The notes: generated by a model from the sequence alone, not told the origin. Counted from the first letter of the whole stretch, positions 42,897 to 52,886 are shown. The stretch is DNA of 61,440 nucleotides, filler included, from 6 parts of 6 records of this genome joined end to end with filler, not necessarily neighbours in it, one strand, 5' to 3'. Numbers and translations are program-made.

Positions 42897-43814
42897 TTAC
42901 CCCTTGTACAGTTTGGGGTTGAGGAAATCCCGGACCCAGTCACCAAGCAGGTTGATGACAAGAATCAGGGTAACGAGCAGGATGCCGGGGAAGATGGTAA
43001 TCCACCAGGAGCCAGAGAATATGTATTCAAATCCGGCTGTGATCAGCGATCCCAAAGAAGGCTTATTTACGGGCATGCCGAGTCCGAGGAAGGAAAGAGC
43101 TGCCTCGGACATGATAGCATTTGCCACTTGAACTGTTGAGATAACCAGTACAGGAGAAAGCGTGTTCGGCAGAATGTGTCGCCACATGATGCGGACTTTT
43201 GACAAGCCGATAACTCGGGCTGCTTCTACGTATTCCTTACGGCGTTCAGCAAGAACTGAGGCGCGAACAGTGCGGGCGTACTGAGGCCATTCTGCTAAAC
43301 CGATGATGACAATGATCAGTGGTACAGCAACTTTATCATAACCGGCTACACCGAATGCTGTCTGGACAATGGCACCAATGAAAATGGCGACCATATATGT
43401 TGAGAATGAGAGCTGCACATCGGCTATTCGCATGAGAATGTTATCGAGTCGTTTGATATAGCCGGAGAGGAGGCCAACCACGATACCGAGGAAGGCCTGA
43501 AGACATACTGCGCCTACACCAATAATGATGGATACACGCATGCCATAAAGCATGGTGGACAGAATGTCGCGGCCTTGAGCATCGGTTCCGAGGAGGAATT
43601 TGGTACCACCACCGTCTTCCCATGCCGGAGGAATCTGGGCGTCCATGATGTCGATTGTGGTCGAATTGTATGGATCGTGTGGTGCAATAATGGGGGCAGC
43701 AAATGCCGAGATGAACAGGACCGCCAGAATAATGAAGCTGATGAGAGCAACAGGATCCCGGAGGAAGTTATAGAGCATGTATGATTCTTTGAATCTTTGC
43801 CATTTGGATCGCAT
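42897..43814 (-). CDS. Dipeptide/oligopeptide ABC permease (DppC-like)
   Basis: LGTDAQGRD, EYVEAAR..G EAA motif; start at MRSKW after a GGAGG RBS. Confidence 0.92.
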   Translation of the reverse strand: MRSKWQRFKESYMLYNFLRDPVALISFIILAVLFISAFAAPIIAPHDPYNSTTIDIMDAQIPPAWEDGGGTKFLLGTDAQGRDILSTMLYGMRVSIIIGVGAVCLQAFLGIVVGLLSGYIKRLDNILMRIADVQLSFSTYMVAIFIGAIVQTAFGVAGYDKVAVPLIIVIIGLAEWPQYARTVRASVLAERRKEYVEAARVIGLSKVRIMWRHILPNTLSPVLVISTVQVANAIMSEAALSFLGLGMPVNKPSLGSLITAGFEYIFSGSWWITIFPGILLVTLILVINLLGDWVRDFLNPKLYKG

Positions 43815-43815
43815 A

Positions 43816-44793
43816 CTACTTCCTCCCTGCCACGCGCACTGTGGGATTGACGAGGCCGTAGATGATGTCGACCAATGTGTTGACCATAACGAAAATGATG
43901 CCGACGAAAACGAGATAAGCAACCATTAGCGAGGTGTCGGAACGTTCAACCGATTCAATAAACATGGAACCCATGCCTTGCCACTGAAAAACGGTTTCAG
44001 TCAAAATAGTAAAGGCCACCATGATACCGAGCTGCACACCACCCACGGTGATAACTGGAAGCAAGGTGTTTTTGAAGGCGTGAACCAGCCAGACGCGGCG
44101 AGGCTTGATGCCTTTGGCCCAAGCGTATTTGACGTATTCTGTTTCCAGTACTTCCATCATCTCGGATCGGATGAGGCGGATAAAGAGCGGGAGCATGATA
44201 GAGGAAAGAGCGATGGATGGCATGATTAAATGCTTCAAACCGTCCAAGGTCAGCAAGCCAGTATCCCACCATCCGAAGAGCCTGACTGTATCACCTCGCC
44301 CAAATGAGGGAAGCCAATGGAGTTCAACCGAAAAAATATAGATGAGGAGAATGGCGGTGAGAAAGACCGGCATTGATACCCCGACGATCGAACTTCCCAT
44401 GACAAACTTGCTAAACCAACTGTGAGGTTTGATGGCTGCATAGATACCCAGTGGAACGGAGAGGAGCACGATGATCAGTGCTGCACAGAAAACCAGTTCC
44501 AATGTGGCGGGAGCTTTTTTGATGATGACTTGTGCTGCGGGTTTTTTGAAGAAGTAACTTTGGCCGAGATCGCCATGCATGGCGTTGCCCAGAAAACGGA
44601 CATATTGGACCATGAAGGGATCATTGAGGCCGAGTTTCTCGCGCATTTCAGCACGCTCGGCAGGCGTGACCCGTTGGCCCACGAGATCGCGGATAGGATC
44701 ACCGAAATTGTGTTTGATAGCGAATCCGATGAAGCTGATGATCAGCATGACCATCACTGCTTGAAGGACTCTTTTAACAGTGAATGCAAACAT
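43816..44793 (-). CDS. Dipeptide/oligopeptide ABC permease (DppB-like)
   Basis: GDLGQS, PATLEL, YVKYAWAKG, ETVFQWQGMG. Confidence 0.92.
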   Translation of the reverse strand: MFAFTVKRVLQAVMVMLIISFIGFAIKHNFGDPIRDLVGQRVTPAERAEMREKLGLNDPFMVQYVRFLGNAMHGDLGQSYFFKKPAAQVIIKKAPATLELVFCAALIIVLLSVPLGIYAAIKPHSWFSKFVMGSSIVGVSMPVFLTAILLIYIFSVELHWLPSFGRGDTVRLFGWWDTGLLTLDGLKHLIMPSIALSSIMLPLFIRLIRSEMMEVLETEYVKYAWAKGIKPRRVWLVHAFKNTLLPVITVGGVQLGIMVAFTILTETVFQWQGMGSMFIESVERSDTSLMVAYLVFVGIIFVMVNTLVDIIYGLVNPTVRVAGRK

Positions 44794-44893
44794 GTCTACT
44801 CGATTGCCGTCAGTTTCCTGTACATGGGATTATGCTACAGGCGTTGATTTTATTGGTTTTTTTTAGGGCGTTCCAATGATCGCCAACTATATG

Positions 44894-44929
44894 AAGGGGA
44901 ACCCTAGCTTGAGGCCGGGGTTCCCCTTT
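44894..44929. terminator. Intergenic hairpin between the binding-protein gene and the permease
   Basis: AAGGGGAACCC...GGGTTCCCCTT inverted repeat. Confidence 0.6.
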
Positions 44930-44966
44930 AATTTTCTTTCCGATCTATTGCAAGTGATGATTTACA

Positions 44967-45068
44967 TTACTTGACGATCAGATCACCGAAGTACGGGAAG
45001 TTCATGACGTTAACAACCTTCGGAGTGTCCATGTTGGACTTGGAAGCCCAGGACAGGTTCTGCCAATG
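44967..45068 (-). CDS. Peptide ABC substrate-binding protein, last 33 codons (absent from the ORF track)
   Basis: Translates to HWQNLSWASKSNMDTPKVVNVMNFPYFGDLIVK*; position upstream of the DppB-like permease. Confidence 0.7.
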   Translation of the reverse strand, partial: HWQNLSWASKSNMDTPKVVNVMNFPYFGDLIVK

Positions 45069-45168
45069 NNNNNNNNNNNNNNNNNNNNNNNNNNNNNNNN
45101 NNNNNNNNNNNNTTAATTAATTAANNNNNNNNNNNNNNNNNNNNNNNNNNNNNNNNNNNNNNNNNNNN
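45069..45168. other. Artificial contig spacer 4
   Basis: N-run with central TTAATTAATTAA. Confidence 0.97.
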
Positions 45169-47274
45169 TGTGCTTTAGTTGAAAAGCTAAAAAAGATATA
45201 CCAAACCGTTGAACTTTCAGTCCCGCTGAAAGCTTTAATGGGCGTTTTAATTACGCAACTTTCATCTATTTGCTGTTCAGCAAAAAAATTAGAAGTGCTG
45301 CTTGAGGAAATCAACAAGCGGAAAGAAAACATCATCGTCCGTCTCAAACTTCGGAAGTTTGTTGAGAAATACCCCGGATTAGAACATAAAGCCGGTGTTG
45401 AACCAGGTGGCACTTTCTTTTTAATTTATCTGAATAAATCGGTAGTTAGTGAAAAAGAGTTATTACAAAAAGAAGAAACGATAAAAGAAAATACAAGTGA
45501 TTATTTTGCTTCAGAAATTCGCTCTATCCGAAATATTGCTGATAATATTGAAAAAGTTACTGATGATGCCATTTCCATTCGAGAACTTGCATTAAATGAC
45601 AAAAAAGAAAGTCTGTTAAAGACTGATATTCTGGAACGATCGGTAAAAATTACTGAATTGCCAAATAATACAGTTGTTGCCGATTTCTCACTTCCTTATT
45701 TATGCTGTTCCGACTGTTCTCCTATTAATTTTATAGTAGAAAAACCGCCTGTTTCATTGCGATTAAACAGTGATCATTATTGTTTGGGAAAAGATACCGA
45801 ACCACTGAGTTTTGTAGTTTCTACGGCAAACGGAACAATAAAAGCAAATCCGGAAGTTGAAGGAATGACCATCGACGGAACAAAACTAAAATTTGATGCC
45901 GCACTATTTCCAAATCAAATGCTGGGCGAGATTATCCGTTTTACAGTTAACGAGCAGGTTACAACTTGTGAAGTTGTGGTATTTCGTGCCATTCAGTTCG
46001 ATTTCGATGTGCCTGAATCACCAACAACCAAAACTGAAATTACATTTGTTCCCACAGGAAACCTCGATGGAGCTACTTTCCTTTGGAGTTTTGGCGACGA
46101 TAATTTATCTACAGAACGAAATCCAACACATAAATACATTTTACCTGTAAACGATGAAAATAAGGTAACGGTTTCGCTTACCGTAACTGCACCAAATGGA
46201 GTTTGTCAGACCACTGTAACACACGATATAATGTTTGTTATGGAAGAAACCAAAATTAGTTTAGCGGACGATAATTTCTGTGAAAACGATAAAAATGAAT
46301 ATCCGTTTATTATTACACCGGCCGGAGCAATTGCTAAAATTGAAGGCGATGGTGTAGAACCTACCGATTCTGATGGATTTGTTTTTATTCCCGCAAATGC
46401 AGGAGCCGGAAGTTATGAGTTTATTCTCGACGGAGTTGCTTCGGGGGTAAAAGCTACAGTGCATAAAGCTCCTGTGGCTGCTTTTGATGCAAAACAGATT
46501 GGAAATCAACTAATTCTTACCAATACATCAACAAATGCAAAAAGTTATATCTGGTTTGTAAATGGCGAAAAACTGGAACGCGACGACAATAATCCGGTAA
46601 CCATAGAATTAACTCCAAACAGTCCTAACGAATGGAAAATACAACTCCGCGCATTAAGTGAATTTTGTGGTATAAAAACTACAAAAGAAATAATAGTAAA
46701 TACAAAATTTATTGAAGAACCGGTAGTCGATAATTGTTTGGAAGAAACAAAAGCATTAATACTTACTGATTTCAGAATTTTAAGAGAACTGGATTTGCCA
46801 GATTCCGAATGGGTGCATCCAACCTGGCTAAAAACAGCTGAATTATTTGGTGGAACAACCGATTTTAAAAATGGTGTTCTGAACGATATCGACAAATATC
46901 TTTCGGGTGTGAATAATGGTAATTTAATTATGTTGTTCGAGAAATTGTTGAGTGAAACCGTTAGAAAACTGCTTACAATTAACAGAATTGAAAACAAACG
47001 TGAATTTACAAACCTGCTTAGTTTATTCATATTACAGCTGCAATTATTCTATAATATTTTGGGTTGTCAGAATGCTGAAATACTAAAAGAATTTACAGAC
47101 CCGATAAACCAACTCTTTAAATTGATTTTAGTATTGCTTCGAAACCTGAAAGAAAAAGAGATTAAAATGCCCGATAGTTTAAGGGAATTTATTTCAAAAT
47201 ATCCTGAAAAAGTAAGTGATATAAATGTAATTATGGAACATCTTTCTTTAATTAAAGAGGAAAATCTGATTTAA
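45169..47274 (+). CDS. eCIS-associated large protein with PKD/Ig-like repeats (5' truncated; candidate fibre/receptor-binding subunit)
   Basis: Frame open from contig start; PGLEHKAGV..GGTF and VVADFSLPYLCC motifs; PKD motif FLWSFGD...STERNPTHKY; upstream of the tape-measure gene. Confidence 0.7.
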   Translation, partial: CALVEKLKKIYQTVELSVPLKALMGVLITQLSSICCSAKKLEVLLEEINKRKENIIVRLKLRKFVEKYPGLEHKAGVEPGGTFFLIYLNKSVVSEKELLQKEETIKENTSDYFASEIRSIRNIADNIEKVTDDAISIRELALNDKKESLLKTDILERSVKITELPNNTVVADFSLPYLCCSDCSPINFIVEKPPVSLRLNSDHYCLGKDTEPLSFVVSTANGTIKANPEVEGMTIDGTKLKFDAALFPNQMLGEIIRFTVNEQVTTCEVVVFRAIQFDFDVPESPTTKTEITFVPTGNLDGATFLWSFGDDNLSTERNPTHKYILPVNDENKVTVSLTVTAPNGVCQTTVTHDIMFVMEETKISLADDNFCENDKNEYPFIITPAGAIAKIEGDGVEPTDSDGFVFIPANAGAGSYEFILDGVASGVKATVHKAPVAAFDAKQIGNQLILTNTSTNAKSYIWFVNGEKLERDDNNPVTIELTPNSPNEWKIQLRALSEFCGIKTTKEIIVNTKFIEEPVVDNCLEETKALILTDFRILRELDLPDSEWVHPTWLKTAELFGGTTDFKNGVLNDIDKYLSGVNNGNLIMLFEKLLSETVRKLLTINRIENKREFTNLLSLFILQLQLFYNILGCQNAEILKEFTDPINQLFKLILVLLRNLKEKEIKMPDSLREFISKYPEKVSDINVIMEHLSLIKEENLI

Positions 47275-47275
47275 A

Positions 47276-48811
47276 TTGAACGATAAAAAACACATAATTG
47301 AAAAGGTACTGGTTGATGTAAATACCAATAATTTGGAAACAGCCAATTCAATCAAAAACAATATCGATGTATTTTTGAAAGATGAAGTTTTTCCAAAAAT
47401 TGAAGAATTGCTTGATAAATATAGTTCGCAGCAGTCTGTTATACGTTTTAATAAAATTGAAATTGTATTAAAGGCAGTGCAGGAAACGAAAAACTTAATT
47501 CGGTATAAATTTGAGATACTAAAACAATTCGAAGAACAGCTTAAAAATATAGAAAGTAATAGCTTACTTTCTGAAGATTCCATTTTTTTACAACAAAAGG
47601 ATAAAAAATTCCGTAACATAATCTCCAGAGAAAATTATGAGGATATATTTCTGTTTTTTATTAAAAATGGTTTTTATCCCTGGTTTGGCAGTAATCGGCA
47701 GATTAAAGAATTTACTGAAAATGAAATCTGGAAAGAAAGTTTTAATGATAAAATATTTATTCAAAAATTAGAAAAAATTGTACTGGAGAATAAGAGGGCT
47801 ATTCAGCGGTTTGTGTATCAGTTTCCTTTATTGATTTATACCTTTTTAGCCCAAATTAATTTGAGATTGAATGAAGCAATAACACACATTCAAGTAAATA
47901 AAGATTTGTTTCATCCTCTAACTGAAACAAAATTTCTGAGTGTCCTCTTTTTTATTTCAGTAGAAAAAAGCAATACAAAGATTATTTCTGAAATTGAAAC
48001 CTGGTTGAATTATATTGAAAAAAATAATAATAGTGAGAATCAAATTTCTATTTCAGAATTAAACAAAATACTGTTAAAAATAATCCCTGAAGAGTTGATA
48101 AATACTACAGCTTTTCACGATCCGCTCAATCGCCTTTTATCTTTTGTGAAAAACGATAATACGTTTTCAGTAAAAACCATTAAAAACGATTTTACTGAAA
48201 AGGATTTAATAGAAAATTCGCATGACTTTTTTAGCCAAAACAGTATTATAGAAGAAAATAAAAAAGCTCAAGATCAGGAATTAGCAGAAGAATCTTTTTT
48301 TGATGAAACTATTAATGAAATCAGGATTGAAAATGCCGGACTAGTAATTGTTCATCCATTTCTCAACCATTTTTTTTCGATTTTAAAAATTGTAAATAAA
48401 GAAAGTATTATAAAACCTGAAAAGAAAGATTTGGCTGTTCAGGTATTACATTATCTGGCAACCGGCGAAGAGAATGCATTTGAAGGTGACTTGGTTTTTG
48501 AGAAATTTTTATGTGGAGTTCCATTAACAATGCCAATAGTTAAAAAATCGATTTTGGATGATGAAACTAAAAGGGAAGCTGATAATTTATTATCAGAAGT
48601 GATAAAAAACTGGCCGGCTTTAAAAAATACATCGCCAGTGGGGTTGCAACAAATGTTTTTGCAACGGAACGGAAAACTGATTTTTGAAAACGAAAAATAC
48701 AAATGTATTGTGGAGCGAAAAGCTCAAGATGTTTTACTTGAAAAACTGAACTGGAATATTTCCTTTATAAAATTACCCTGGCATAAAGAGTTGTTACAGA
48801 TTGAATGGTAG
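47276..48811 (+). CDS. Contractile injection system tape-measure protein (Afp14-like)
   Basis: C-terminal block NAGLVIVHPFL...KFLCG...WPALKNTS..GL...FLQRNGKL...DVLLEKLNW..IKLPW. Confidence 0.8.
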   Translation: MNDKKHIIEKVLVDVNTNNLETANSIKNNIDVFLKDEVFPKIEELLDKYSSQQSVIRFNKIEIVLKAVQETKNLIRYKFEILKQFEEQLKNIESNSLLSEDSIFLQQKDKKFRNIISRENYEDIFLFFIKNGFYPWFGSNRQIKEFTENEIWKESFNDKIFIQKLEKIVLENKRAIQRFVYQFPLLIYTFLAQINLRLNEAITHIQVNKDLFHPLTETKFLSVLFFISVEKSNTKIISEIETWLNYIEKNNNSENQISISELNKILLKIIPEELINTTAFHDPLNRLLSFVKNDNTFSVKTIKNDFTEKDLIENSHDFFSQNSIIEENKKAQDQELAEESFFDETINEIRIENAGLVIVHPFLNHFFSILKIVNKESIIKPEKKDLAVQVLHYLATGEENAFEGDLVFEKFLCGVPLTMPIVKKSILDDETKREADNLLSEVIKNWPALKNTSPVGLQQMFLQRNGKLIFENEKYKCIVERKAQDVLLEKLNWNISFIKLPWHKELLQIEW

Positions 48812-48816
48812 AAACT

Positions 48817-50955
48817 ATGAAAACAAAATTAAACAAACCGACAAACAATAAAGGGAGCACTTCTTTTTTTACAAATCAAAACAGTTCCTCTTTTATTACG
48901 ACCCAGCCAAAATTAAAGGTTGGCGAGCAGGGTGATAAATTTGAAACTGAAGCCGATCGGGTAGCCGAAAGTGTGTTAAGTCAACCTTTATCCCAAAATA
49001 AACCCTTTTTCTCACCCGCAAATTCTTCACTTCAAAATCAATCGTCAGTTGGAATACAAGAAAAACCAGTTGCCGAATCCGTTACACCTATACTTCAAAA
49101 ACAACCAATGGAAGAAGAGGAGGAGATGATTCAACCCCAGGCAATGGAAGAAGAGGAAGAAATGATTCAAACTCAGCCAGTAGAAGAAGAGGAAGAAGAA
49201 TTGATGCCAAAAGCGGAGCAGGAAATTAAAGAACCAGCGATTGCGGTTGAGAATAAAATAAGGGAATCAAAAGGAAATGGAAATTCACTGGAAAGCAATA
49301 CGCGACTTCAGATGGAAAGTAGTTTTGGTGCCGATTTTAGTGGCGTAAAAATACATACCGGAGAAAATTCGATTCAATTAAACAGAGAATTAAAATCGCA
49401 TGCTTTTACTACCGGGAATGATATATTTTTTAATGAAGGGAAATATCGCCCGGAGACAACTAATGGTAAACGTTTACTGGCACACGAATTAACGCATACC
49501 ATTCAACAGGGAACTAGTTTAGCAAATTCAGAGCAACATATTCAACGTTGGCCATGGACAAGAAGTATTGAAGAACAAAAAAGGGATTTTCGTAGTCGGA
49601 ATTACGGTCCAATGACATATACAACACCTGCAACCTCGGGTTCGGGTTTTGAAGCGAGTTACTGGCCAATGTCAAGCCGGCTGAATATTACAGTCAGGGC
49701 AAAATTACGATTTGCCGATACACTTTCCGGAAGTATTGGTTCTTTGGCGTCGCCAAATATTTTTATGAATCAATCGAGTTTTATTACAACAATTAATAAT
49801 TTGCCTGCCGATGTTCAAACCCGTATTTTACCTTACTTCCAATGGACCGATGAACAGAAACAGATTCATTTGTTGCGGTTCAGACAAAATCTGGAAGTAG
49901 TGCGGCAAATGTGGCAGGGAACAGGCATGTCTTTTCAGGTTAATGAAACAGGGTGGGAAGATATTACAGCTACACCGAATATTAGGTTTACCGTTGGTGA
50001 AGGAGATGCTATCCATCAAACGCGAAGGGGTGGTTTCTTAAATTTATTTACTGTAACCGATGAAGCGGCCAGTGATCATTTACAAATAGAAATTGTAAAA
50101 CAACTTACCAACCAGGAAGCAGATGAAATTATAGCAATTATTACAGCTCATAATGCCGCTACAGGTGCAACAGTCGACCGGGGGTCTATTCAGGCAACAC
50201 GCTCATATATGCATAACGATCCCGGAAGCAGGGGATCTGCTCCCCAGGGATTTAATAATATTATGTCGATGGAGAGTAATCTGGTTGGCGATCCAAGAAG
50301 ACGAATTTATGCTACCGATGTATATTTTGGTCATAATCAAAGCGATTTGTCTGCTGAGGCCACCACACAGTTGGATAGCTTCTTTAGCGATCCGATGATT
50401 TTACTCGATAACGGAGAAAATGCTGTTAATGTTAATTTAAGTGGTTTTGCTTCTGCACCGGGATCAACAGCATATAACCGATCGCTGGTTGAAAGTCGAA
50501 TAAATTCTGTTCAGAATTATGTCGATAACCATTTAATGAACACAGAACTGACAACAAATATTTACACCAGTAATAATACAAACGATTCAGACACAAGTGC
50601 TGAGGCCGATTTAGCAGCAAATCCGGGAACTCATGATCCTTCGGATTTCAGAAGAGTTGAAATTACAATTATACGTGAGGGAAGGGGAGGACAGAATACG
50701 CTGGCTCACGAAATGGGACATGTTTTCGGGCTTGGTGATGAGTACGCCGAAGTAGGTGGAATGTATAATCGTCCGGCCGGCACAGCTGCAACACACGACC
50801 CGCTGGCCCGAAATGCAGGAATTTCAGGAGGCGCAACAGTAGCCGATGATCAGAGAATGATGTCGCAGGGAAACGTAATTGGCGGTGCACATTATTCCAC
50901 GTTTGCCGATGCATTAAATCAATTAACTTCAAAAAGATGGAATATAATAACTTAG
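48817..50955 (+). CDS. DUF4157 (eCIS core domain) protein with OmpA-like domain and HExxH metallopeptidase toxin domain
   Basis: QPKL.V...GD.FE.EADRVA; MESSFGADFSGVKIHT...LLAHELTHTIQQ; OmpA-like VYF...GFAS..G...YN..L...R...RRVEI; AHEMGHVFGLGDEY; alternative start at 48805. Confidence 0.85.
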   Translation: MKTKLNKPTNNKGSTSFFTNQNSSSFITTQPKLKVGEQGDKFETEADRVAESVLSQPLSQNKPFFSPANSSLQNQSSVGIQEKPVAESVTPILQKQPMEEEEEMIQPQAMEEEEEMIQTQPVEEEEEELMPKAEQEIKEPAIAVENKIRESKGNGNSLESNTRLQMESSFGADFSGVKIHTGENSIQLNRELKSHAFTTGNDIFFNEGKYRPETTNGKRLLAHELTHTIQQGTSLANSEQHIQRWPWTRSIEEQKRDFRSRNYGPMTYTTPATSGSGFEASYWPMSSRLNITVRAKLRFADTLSGSIGSLASPNIFMNQSSFITTINNLPADVQTRILPYFQWTDEQKQIHLLRFRQNLEVVRQMWQGTGMSFQVNETGWEDITATPNIRFTVGEGDAIHQTRRGGFLNLFTVTDEAASDHLQIEIVKQLTNQEADEIIAIITAHNAATGATVDRGSIQATRSYMHNDPGSRGSAPQGFNNIMSMESNLVGDPRRRIYATDVYFGHNQSDLSAEATTQLDSFFSDPMILLDNGENAVNVNLSGFASAPGSTAYNRSLVESRINSVQNYVDNHLMNTELTTNIYTSNNTNDSDTSAEADLAANPGTHDPSDFRRVEITIIREGRGGQNTLAHEMGHVFGLGDEYAEVGGMYNRPAGTAATHDPLARNAGISGGATVADDQRMMSQGNVIGGAHYSTFADALNQLTSKRWNIIT
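49102..49209 (+). repeat. Intragenic 36-bp tandem repeat, three copies
   Basis: Encodes QPMEEEEEMIQP / QAMEEEEEMIQT / QPVEEEEEELMP. Confidence 0.85.
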
Positions 50956-50992
50956 TAGTATCTTTAATTTACATAACCGATATACATTCATA

Positions 50993-51439
50993 ATGAATCA
51001 ATTAATTCAAAATACAGAAGGTTTAAAGACTGAACATCAGAATAAAACACCATTATTTGAGAAAAGTTATTTTCCTCCCGATTATGGTGCAAAACAGGTT
51101 TCCAGATTGTACGACGATGGTAGTTTGTATTTTTTTATATTAAGTAATAAATCGAAAAATACAAATGAAGACGCAGGGAAATGGGGATATATTTCAACTG
51201 TTAAAGATTCAGGCATTCAAAAAATAAAAGAAATATTAAAAAACTCATTCAATCTTGTAAACGATAAACTTGATGGTGGAAATGTAAAAGGAATAGTGGT
51301 TTGGAGAATACCTTTTAAAAATGAAGTAAAAGAAATTGTAACAACCATTATTCCCGAAAGTAAGCACGTAATTTTTAACGAAATAGGAAATATAGTTAAT
51401 GCCAATCTAAATCCTATTCCTTCTGATAAGGAAAAATAA
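50993..51439 (+). CDS. Hypothetical protein, candidate immunity protein or chaperone
   Basis: 148 aa with no recognised motif, directly after the DUF4157 toxin gene. Confidence 0.55.
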   Translation: MNQLIQNTEGLKTEHQNKTPLFEKSYFPPDYGAKQVSRLYDDGSLYFFILSNKSKNTNEDAGKWGYISTVKDSGIQKIKEILKNSFNLVNDKLDGGNVKGIVVWRIPFKNEVKEIVTTIIPESKHVIFNEIGNIVNANLNPIPSDKEK

Positions 51440-51488
51440 AAACAGCAGCATCAGTAGTGGAACATGGTTATAATTAATTTAAAAAATT

Positions 51489-52786
51489 ATGAGCAAAACC
51501 AAAGTTCTTTCCTTTTTACGAAACGCTGTAAGTTCGCGGCTCGAGTTTGAGTTAAAAGGAAATAAAAAGGAGTTTTCTCCTTTATTTGAAGAAGAATTGG
51601 ATGGTTCGAAACTGTCTGATTTTATTCGTAATAACAATCTCTCTTACGAAGAATTGATAACTCTTTTACTTGCTTTGGTTCCACATATTTCGCCCGATTT
51701 TTTTAATTCAGTAATTATTAATTATTTACCAAATGGCGGCGATTTTCCGGAGTTTGGTGGAATAAAAGGAAAAAATCACAGGGGTATTTTACCTACCGGA
51801 GAAACTGTTTTATATATTCTTGCCGGAAAAGATATTGAAAAGCGCATTGAAATTTCCAACCTATTTAATGAGAATCATTTATTCGCTAAAAAAAGTGTTT
51901 TGTCGGTAGATAATCCGGGCGACGGAGAACCAAAAATGAGTGGCCGCTTATTAATGGATGAGGAGTATATAGATTTATTTACTACAGGAAAAATTTCAAA
52001 ACCAAAATTAAGCAGCGATTTTCCGGCCGAAAGAATCACCACTGAGCTGGAATGGAAAGACTTGATTTTACAGGAAAAAACGTATTCAGAAATAAAAGAA
52101 ATTGAAACCTGGCTGAAATACAACGATGTATTACTGAAAGACTGGAAAATGGCCGGGAAAATAAAACCTGGTTTCAGAATTTTGTTTTATGGCCCGCCTG
52201 GAACAGGTAAAACAATGACAGCCTGCTTGTTAGGGAAAACGACTAAAAGAGATGTATTTCGCATCGACCTTTCCATGGTAGTTTCAAAATATATTGGTGA
52301 AACAGAAAAAAATCTGTCGAAACTTTTCGATAAGGCAGCAAACAAAGACTGGATACTTTTTTTTGATGAAGCAGATTCAATTTTCGGAAAACGTACTAAT
52401 GTACGCGATGCCCACGACAAATATGCCAATCAGGAAGTTTCATATTTATTACAACGTATTGAATCGCATGCCGGATTGGTAATTCTGGCTTCGAACCTGA
52501 AAAGCAACATCGATTCTTCTTTTACCCGCCGCTTTAATTCCATTATTGAATTTGAAAATCCGGGAATGCCGGAACGAATAAAATTATGGGAAAACTATAT
52601 TCCTGAAACGGTTAATCTGGATAAAAAAGTAGAGATAAAAACAGTTGCTCAAAAATACGATTTAACTGGAGCAAATATTGTAAATGTTATACATTTTGCA
52701 GGATTGAAAACACTTGAAAAACGTTCAAAAACAATTTCTTACAACGATTTAATGAAAGGAATTCAAAAAGAATATCAGAAAGAAGG
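51489..52786 (+). CDS. eCIS AAA+ ATPase (Afp15-like), truncated just before its stop
   Basis: GPPGTGKT, IDLSMVVSKYIGETEKNL, LFFDEAD, DKYANQEVSYLLQRIE. Confidence 0.88.
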
Positions 52787-52886
52787 NNNNNNNNNNNNNN
52801 NNNNNNNNNNNNNNNNNNNNNNNNNNNNNNTTAATTAATTAANNNNNNNNNNNNNNNNNNNNNNNNNNNNNNNNNNNNNNNNNNNN
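52787..52886. other. Artificial contig spacer 5
   Basis: N-run with central TTAATTAATTAA. Confidence 0.97.

Noticed and set aside
49102-49209. 36-bp repeats as a CRISPR array
   Set aside because: Contiguous, in-frame coding repeats with no spacers
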